Assembly: GCA_965226195.1 (NCBI GenBank)
Contig: OZ245333.1
Span: 1,185,205 to 1,249,204 of the forward strand
DNA from: Oligoflexales bacterium
Lineage (GTDB): Bacteria; Bdellovibrionota_B; Oligoflexia; Oligoflexales; JAPPIL01
DNA length: 64,000 nt
Reading direction: 5' to 3'
Part shown: piece by piece, positions 58,051 to 64,000 of the stretch
Numbering within the stretch: position 1 is the stretch's first letter
Layout of the letters: every line of letters begins with the position of its first letter
Notes under the pieces: model-generated
Told to the model about the DNA's origin: nothing
Database searches by the model: none
Seen by the model: the letters and a program-made list of their open reading frames with translations, nothing else
Program-made: the position numbers and the translations under genes

Positions 58051-58198
58051 GGTAATTTCCTTTCACTGGTGTTATAGAAAGCCAGCAGCATACACCAGAT
58101 GCATTAAGTTGACAAACAGGGTGCACAACAAAAGCATTGCGCGCCAACGTAACTTCAGCTATTGTCAGCAGCTGTGGTTTTGTAGCACGGAGATGTAA

Positions 58199-58522
58199 GT
58201 GGCTGTCATAAGGAGGGATAGAAAGTCGTCATCTCTGGAGCTGGTGGGGGCGTTGCGACGACTCGCTCCTTTGTTGGAAGAACAGGGCGAGGACGATGCT
58301 GCGATCTTCTTGTTAGGGTCGGCAACAGTATTGGAGAAGCAGGAACACGGCAATGCGGCATTTTCCGCAACGATTGGAGAAATACTCGCAGCTTTCGAGG
58401 GCGAGGAATTTGAACTGATAGCCTACACCCTCAAGACTAGCAATGATAGAGACTGGTCGAAGGCGGACGAGCTGGCTGTAGCCAGCAACAGGGTGCTCTC
58501 ACTTGCACGCCGGCTGAAGTAG
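58199..58522 (+). CDS. hypothetical acidic small protein
   Basis: ORF only; start uncertain. Confidence 0.35.
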   Translation: MAVIRRDRKSSSLELVGALRRLAPLLEEQGEDDAAIFLLGSATVLEKQEHGNAAFSATIGEILAAFEGEEFELIAYTLKTSNDRDWSKADELAVASNRVLSLARRLK

Positions 58523-58577
58523 CACTTAGATAGCCACACAATTTTATCACAACCCGAAGGGAAAGAGGCTAGACTGT

Positions 58578-59645
58578 ATGCAAGATACCGAGCAATTCAT
58601 AAAAACATGCGCACAACGTTATCACCAAGAAATCAGTGGGGATTATTTCATCTACCATGCATTCCAATACGAATTCTGTCTCAACGCTGGGAACAGAAAA
58701 CAATTCGTGGTCGTCAATGCATGGCTGGAGCGAGAAAGCGGCAAAGAGCCTCGACACGAGCGCAGCGAAGTGGAGCAGCAGGACGATAGCACGGGAGACT
58801 TTCCCGCTACGCTCCACACGATGTGTGATTGGTATGGGGCAAATTATCCTGCCTTCCGCGACACACAACCACTTACCTTTGCCCGCTGCTACTTCTATCT
58901 CCCCGTGGCACTCAGCTTTGTGAATGAGGCACGGGCGCTGTGGGAAAAGTCACACGGCGCACCACCGCCTGTCTACGACGCACAGCATGATTTTTGGCGT
59001 GAACTGCTGGCTGTTGTGCAAGACAAGTGCCAGCACCAGCACTTGCTTTTGGCATGGCTGCACTGGCGTTACGGAGAACGGCAAGCTCTGACGATTGCGG
59101 TCGAAAACTTGCCACCCAATCCCTTCGTCGAACGCCGAACCTTCGGAGCACGCCGTGACGGACGTGGCCGTGACGGACGTGGTCGTGATGGACGTGGTCG
59201 TGATGGACGTGGTCGTGACGGACGCGGGCGTGAAGGTGGAGCAAGACGTGAAGGTGGAGCAAGACGTGAAGGTGGAGCACGGCATGAAGGCGCAGAGCGT
59301 ATAGTTGGTGAGCATGGCACAGACCGCCCCCCGCGGCGCGATGCTGTGACTCGGCGTGATAGACCGCGGGAGCAAGGCTTCTCCGCTGGTAATCGTCGCC
59401 CTGCAGAACGTGAGAGCAGTGATAGCCGTGTTGTGGCTGAATTGACCGCTGCAATGGCCAGCGAAATCGAAGCCGCGGTAGCAATCATGCAGGGTGATAA
59501 TGAACATCAGGGTGTAACGCTGATGCCTGCTAACAGCTACTACCGTCGTTTGCAGCACAAGATGGTGTCCAATTTGGGACTCACTTCGATCTCGGTGGGA
59601 GACGACCGCGAGAGCAAGGCAGTGAAGATAGTACGCGATGCGTGA
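58578..59645 (+). CDS. R3H-domain nucleic-acid-binding protein with RG-rich tandem repeats
   Basis: C-terminal YYRRLQHKMVSNLGLTSISVGDDRESKAVKIV (R-x3-H). RDGRG x5 and REGGAR x3 repeats. Dispersed-repeat copy at 58727-58748. Confidence 0.6.
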   Translation: MQDTEQFIKTCAQRYHQEISGDYFIYHAFQYEFCLNAGNRKQFVVVNAWLERESGKEPRHERSEVEQQDDSTGDFPATLHTMCDWYGANYPAFRDTQPLTFARCYFYLPVALSFVNEARALWEKSHGAPPPVYDAQHDFWRELLAVVQDKCQHQHLLLAWLHWRYGERQALTIAVENLPPNPFVERRTFGARRDGRGRDGRGRDGRGRDGRGRDGRGREGGARREGGARREGGARHEGAERIVGEHGTDRPPRRDAVTRRDRPREQGFSAGNRRPAERESSDSRVVAELTAAMASEIEAAVAIMQGDNEHQGVTLMPANSYYRRLQHKMVSNLGLTSISVGDDRESKAVKIVRDA

Positions 59646-59748
59646 CTAGAGTGCTAGCAGTGATAGCTCGAAACACAACCATCCTCTTGACCCGCTGCGA
59701 GGCAAAGCACTGAAAGATCTCCCGCACGACAAGTCAGACCACAAAGCC

Positions 59749-61161
59749 TTGCGATCAGAGCGCTATGCAGCACTTGATCTAGTGCTACAGGAAGCGCAAG
59801 CTTGGTTGCAAAGCCTTGAAGACGGCAAGGTCGGTGCAAGTGCATCGCTGGCAGAGCTGAACACCAAGCTAGATATCCCGTTAGGTGCTGAAGGCATGTG
59901 TGCCGAAGAGGTAGTTAAGCATCTGGTGACGGCAACCCGCGGTGGTTTGATGGCCAGTGGTGGCGGGCGGTTTTTCGCGTGGGTGATGGGCGGCTCACTA
60001 CCCGCGGCGTTGGCAGCCGACTGGCTAGTAAGCAGCTGGGATCAGAACGCCGTCCTCTACAATTGCAGCCCCGCCAGTGCGGTGATCGAGGAGACCGCGG
60101 GCAAGTGGTTGTTGGAATTGCTGGGTTTGCCTAGAGGAGCATCGTTTGCGTTCACCACTGGTTGCCAGATGGCACACTTCACCTGTCTAGCTGCGGCACG
60201 GCTACGGGTGTTGGCACGACTCGGTTGGGATGTCGTGCAGGATGGCATGCGAGGTGCGCCACCGCTTAAAATTATCACCAGCGAGAATCGCCATGCTTCG
60301 GTCGATCGTGCGGTGCGCTATCTCGGCTTAGGCGAACGGGAAATCGTCGCGGTCGCTGACGACCGGCGCGGGCGTATGCGTGGCATGGCATTTGACAAGG
60401 TGTTGCGAGCCTGTGGGGATGTGGCGAAGATTGTCGTGCTCGATGCCGCGGACTTGAATATTGCGGCTTTCGATGCTTTTACAGAATTGATTCCCCAAGC
60501 GCAGACACAGCATGCTTGGGTGCATGTCGATGGTGCATTCGGCCTTTTCGCCAGAGCCAGTGTGCGCAAGAAGCACCTCACCGCGGGTATCGAACTGGCT
60601 GACAGTTGGGCAACCGACATGCACAAGTGGCTCAATGTCTCCTTCGATTGTGGCTTTGCTGCGATGCGAGATAATTCCGCACACCGCGAGGCGATGAGCA
60701 TCCACGCGGCCTACATAGATGTCGATCGTATCTCCCGCCATCCGATCGACTGGACTCCAGAGTGGTCACGGCGAGCGCGTAGCGTGCCTGTTTACGCAGC
60801 GTTGATGCAGCTTGGCAAGGATGGTGTGGCAGAGTTGATCGAACGCACCTGCCGGCATTGTGCTGAACTTATCGAGGGCATTGGGGCTTTGCCCGGTGCC
60901 GAGATCGTGTGGAAATCAGAACTCAATCAGGGGTTGCTGCGCTTTCTTGACCAGCGTCCGAGCGCCGATGCTGCTGATCATGATCGCCGCACGTGGGAGG
61001 TTATGGATGCGGTCAATGCCACTGGAGCTGCCTTCTTCTCCTCTACCGTCTGGAGGGGTAACTTCGTTATGCGGGTCAGCGTCGTCAACTGGCTGACAAA
61101 CTCAGCTGACGTGCAGCGCACTATCGATGTTTTTCGGGAAATTCTTGCTAGGCAAGTGTAA
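59749..61161 (+). CDS. PLP-dependent group II decarboxylase
   Basis: SWATDMHKWLNVSFDCGFA (PLP lysine context) and HVDGAFG. TTG start, uncertain. Confidence 0.7.
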   Translation: MRSERYAALDLVLQEAQAWLQSLEDGKVGASASLAELNTKLDIPLGAEGMCAEEVVKHLVTATRGGLMASGGGRFFAWVMGGSLPAALAADWLVSSWDQNAVLYNCSPASAVIEETAGKWLLELLGLPRGASFAFTTGCQMAHFTCLAAARLRVLARLGWDVVQDGMRGAPPLKIITSENRHASVDRAVRYLGLGEREIVAVADDRRGRMRGMAFDKVLRACGDVAKIVVLDAADLNIAAFDAFTELIPQAQTQHAWVHVDGAFGLFARASVRKKHLTAGIELADSWATDMHKWLNVSFDCGFAAMRDNSAHREAMSIHAAYIDVDRISRHPIDWTPEWSRRARSVPVYAALMQLGKDGVAELIERTCRHCAELIEGIGALPGAEIVWKSELNQGLLRFLDQRPSADAADHDRRTWEVMDAVNATGAAFFSSTVWRGNFVMRVSVVNWLTNSADVQRTIDVFREILARQV

Positions 61162-61201
61162 CACACTAAATCGAAGTCTATCTCGTCCTTTGAGGCGTAT
61201 T

Positions 61202-61234
61202 GATATTGACAATCATTCTCAAAATGGATAGAAT
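61202..61234 (+). promoter_or_regulatory. sigma-70 promoter (TTGACA, 17-nt spacer, TAGAAT) overlapped by a Fur box
   Basis: GATATTGACAATCATTCTC matches the 19-bp Fur consensus GATAATGATAATCATTATC at 16 of 19 positions. -35 at 61206-61211 and -10 at 61229-61234. Confidence 0.7.
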
Positions 61235-61271
61235 AGTGTAGCTTGTTCAAATTCTTTTTGCGAGGCTTGTT

Positions 61272-62291
61272 GTGCGCGTGACCTTCTTGTCGTTGTTTAT
61301 TATCAGCATTTTTGTTGGTTTTGATGTCGTGCGGGCAGAGAGCAGTGTGGCTAGCACCAAGCAGCTCGTCATCTACACTTCCCGTGCTGAATATCTGCTA
61401 AAACCGTTGCTGGATAGGTATACTGCCATGCATGGGGTGAAGTTTCGCTACATGAAGGGTAAAGCTGCGGCACTAGTGCAGAAGCTGATTACTGAGGGTA
61501 AGAACACGCAGGCCGACCTGTTGATTACCGTTGATGCAGGCAATCTTTGGTTCGCAGCACAGAACAAACTGCTTGCCCCGCTCAAGTCGAAGCAGTTGGA
61601 GACCACCGTGCCTAAACATCTGCGTGCTGCTGATCTGAGTTGGGTTGGGTTATCGGTCAGGGCACGCCCGATCGTTTACAGCACCAAGCTGGTAAAAGCA
61701 AAGGAGCTGAGCAGCTACGAGGATTTGGCCGACAAGAAATGGAAAGGCAAGCTCTGCCTGCGTACGGCCAAGAAAGTCTACAATCGTTCACTGGTCGCGA
61801 TGTTGTTAGAGGTGCATGGGGCGAAGAAAACCGAAGCGATGCTCAAAGGTTGGGTGAGCAATCTCGCGGCACCAGTTTTTTCTAGTGACACGAAGGTCAT
61901 CGAGGCGATCAACGCGGGGCACTGCGCCCTCGGCATCGTCAACACCTACTATCTTGGACGCTTGCTGAAGAAAGACCCTACCTATCCCGTGCAGATTTTT
62001 TGGCCAAATCAAAACTCTTACGGGGCGCACGTCAACATTTCTGGTGCTGGCATCGTGCGTCATTCCAAAAACTACGCAGCTGCGCTCGCCTTTCTCGAAT
62101 GGCTGAGTCAGGGTGAGGCACAGCGTATGTTTGCCGATATCAACCTCGAATATCCCATCAGTAGCAAGGTGGCACGTAATGCCATCGTGCAGGGGTGGGG
62201 GGATTTCAAATCCAGTAGTATGAGCCTGTCCCGCATCGGCTCACTGCAGAAAGAGGCGATCAAGGTGATGGATCGAGCTAGGTATCTCTGA
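61272..62291 (+). CDS. Fe(3+) ABC transporter substrate-binding protein (FbpA/AfuA-like)
   Basis: Signal peptide. LVIYTSRAEYLLKPLLDRY and DLLITVDAGNLW blocks. Confidence 0.75.
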   Translation: MRVTFLSLFIISIFVGFDVVRAESSVASTKQLVIYTSRAEYLLKPLLDRYTAMHGVKFRYMKGKAAALVQKLITEGKNTQADLLITVDAGNLWFAAQNKLLAPLKSKQLETTVPKHLRAADLSWVGLSVRARPIVYSTKLVKAKELSSYEDLADKKWKGKLCLRTAKKVYNRSLVAMLLEVHGAKKTEAMLKGWVSNLAAPVFSSDTKVIEAINAGHCALGIVNTYYLGRLLKKDPTYPVQIFWPNQNSYGAHVNISGAGIVRHSKNYAAALAFLEWLSQGEAQRMFADINLEYPISSKVARNAIVQGWGDFKSSSMSLSRIGSLQKEAIKVMDRARYL

Positions 62292-62292
62292 G

Positions 62293-63869
62293 GTGTCGCC
62301 GCGCACTGTCTTTTATCACTTTCTCTTTCACACGCTGTGTCTGTCGCTGACTGCACCTGTGCTGTTGCTGTTCACTGCTTGGTATGCTGTCGATACAGAG
62401 TTGTGGCAACATGTCGTGCAACACCTGCTGCCTGACATCGTGCTCAACTCGGTGCTACTGCTGCTCGGCACGAACCTCTGCACCGCCGTGCTGGGTGTGA
62501 CTGCCGCGGCACTGGTGACGCTGACGGAATTGCCGGGCCGCAGAATTTTTCAGAGTTTATTTATCTTTCCTTTTGTCGTTCCTCCCTATGTTTTTGGTTT
62601 TATCTACGTCAGTGTGTTTGACAGTGCTGGTTTTTTGCAAAATTTTTTGCGAATTTTCCTCACTGATTTTTTTGTAAATATCCGCAACATCGGCGGCTTG
62701 ATCATCGTGTTGTCACTGGCGTTGTTTCCGTATGTTTTTTTGTTTTGTCGGCAGGCTTTTATCAGTCAGGGGCGTAAATTGTTGGAAGTTGCGAAGACAC
62801 TGGGGCACAAGCCGCTCGCGTGTTTTTTTTTGTGGTCTTGCCGATCTCCCGCCCGTGGCTTTACGGGGCGTTGATCATCGTCTCGCTGGAGGTGCTGGCT
62901 GATTTTGGCACGGTGTCGATTTTTGCTACCGAGACTTTCACGACAGCTATTTACAAGGCGTGGACAGGATTTTTTTCAATCGCTACGGCACGGCAGCTAG
63001 CATCGTTGTTGCTGGTGGCAATTTTGGTTTTTTTTCTGTTGTCGGAATTTTTTCAATCGCGTCGCCGCTATGAGGTGCATGATAGTGTAACTGCTTTCAG
63101 CCGTATCGTGCTGCGTGGCTGGGCGAAGGTTGCGGCATTGGTGTTTTCAATCGCACTGGCACTGTGCGCCGCGGTGTTGCCTGTTGCAGTGTTGGTGCTG
63201 CTGGTTGTTGAGGCGGAGAGCTTTGCTTTTGACCATACGGTGTTACTAAATTCTGCCATCATTGCACTGGCTGCGGCCACAGTTGCTACTGTGTTGGCGG
63301 TGTTGTTGAATTTCAGCCGCTATATGTTGGCCTCCGCTAAGTTGATAAAAATTATGTGGCGGTTGTTGATTTTCGGTTATGCGGTGCCCGGTTCGGTGTT
63401 GGCAGTGTCGGTGTTTACTTTCTTGAATTATGTTTTCAGTAGTTTTTTCCCTGCAGCGTTGTATCTTCTCAATGGTTCGCTATTGGTATTGTTGTTTGGG
63501 TTAGCGGTGCGCTACACCGCGATCTTTACACTCAATCTCGATCGTGCCCAGCTCCGTATCCCCCACGTCTTTGCTGATGTTTCCAGCACCTTAGGGCATG
63601 TTGGCTTTGCCATGTTTCGGCGTGTGCATCTGCCTTTGCTGTTGCCTGCGCTGTTTTATACTTTCTTGATCGTGACGATCGAAGTTTTGAAGGAGATGCC
63701 TTTGACGCTGATGACGCGTCCGTTTGGGTGGGATACGTTGGCGGTTAGTATTTTTGAATTTACTTCGGAAGGCTTGTGGGAGCAAGCCGCGTATCCGTCG
63801 TTGTTGTTAGTTGCGGTAGGCACGGTGCCGGTTTATTTTTTCTCTACTTCGCTGAAGGAATACAGCTGA
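62293..63869 (+). pseudogene. iron ABC transporter permease (FbpB-like) interrupted by a frameshift in a T9 tract
   Basis: ORFs 62293-62874 and 62820-63869 are the two halves. A T10 in place of the T9 at 62823-62831 would read ...KPLACFFFVVLPISRPWLYG. Confidence 0.65.
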
Positions 63870-64000
63870 TGACCTTGTTGCGGGTTACGGGACTGCGTTA
63901 TCGTGTCGAAGATCGTGTCATCCTTGAAGATGTTAGCTTACAGCTGCGTGCGCACCGTATCGGTTGCCTGATGGGTAAGAGCGGTTGTGGCAAAACGACT
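63869..64000 (+). CDS. ABC transporter ATP-binding protein (FbpC-like), 5' part only
   Basis: ATGA overlap with the permease stop. Walker A GKSGCGKTT at the window end. Confidence 0.75.
   Translation, partial: MTLLRVTGLRYRVEDRVILEDVSLQLRAHRIGCLMGKSGCGKTT

Noticed and set aside
58912-59558. Three overlapping minus-strand ORFs of 139-202 aa
   Set aside because: They are antisense shadows of the GC-rich RG-repeat region of the R3H gene. The products are low-complexity Pro/Arg/Ser/His strings.

Overview
The window is bacterial chromosomal DNA of Gram-negative type, shown by many lipobox signal peptides, RpoD, and a Fur-box promoter in front of an FbpABC-like operon. Recognisable core genes are ribD, rpoD, an acyl-CoA dehydrogenase, clpP, coaBC, an RRM RNA-binding protein, a PLP decarboxylase and tRNA-Pro(UGG). 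They alternate with lineage-specific secreted and lipoprotein genes: a BspA/DUF285 repeat protein, two vWA lipoproteins, and a tandem pair of large paralogous membrane proteins. There are also two paralogous CxxCH-protein / lipoprotein / Tat-signal-protein cassettes at 21.1-25.7 kb and 28.1-33.1 kb. From about 33 to 53.5 kb the content is accessory. It holds an IS903-group IS5-family element, gene remnants, a lytic transglycosylase, and a retropepsin-like protease cassette with a truncated AbiEi next to it. It also holds a radical-SAM + ASCH gene pair facing a DNA methyltransferase-HNH fusion, RhuM, a replication-relaxation gene behind iteron-like repeats, and a large serine recombinase. The recombinase ORF runs into a 36-bp duplicate of the 3' half of the adjacent tRNA-Pro. 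Three sequence-level themes recur. First, a short dispersed repeat (core CTCTTTGCCGCTTTCTAGCTCC, sometimes in 27-nt tandem units) lies in-frame inside several unrelated ORFs. Second, a 390-bp MITE derived from the IS, with a perfect 9-bp target duplication, has rewritten the ribD stop region. Third, three genes have single-nucleotide frameshifts. No CRISPR array, rRNA or prophage structural module was seen. All family assignments come from motif recognition by eye and need database confirmation. The best candidates for an undescribed system are the radical-SAM/ASCH pair beside the MTase-HNH fusion, the paralogous CxxCH cassettes, and the tandem large paralogues with their lipoprotein and protease neighbours. 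None of these is proven.
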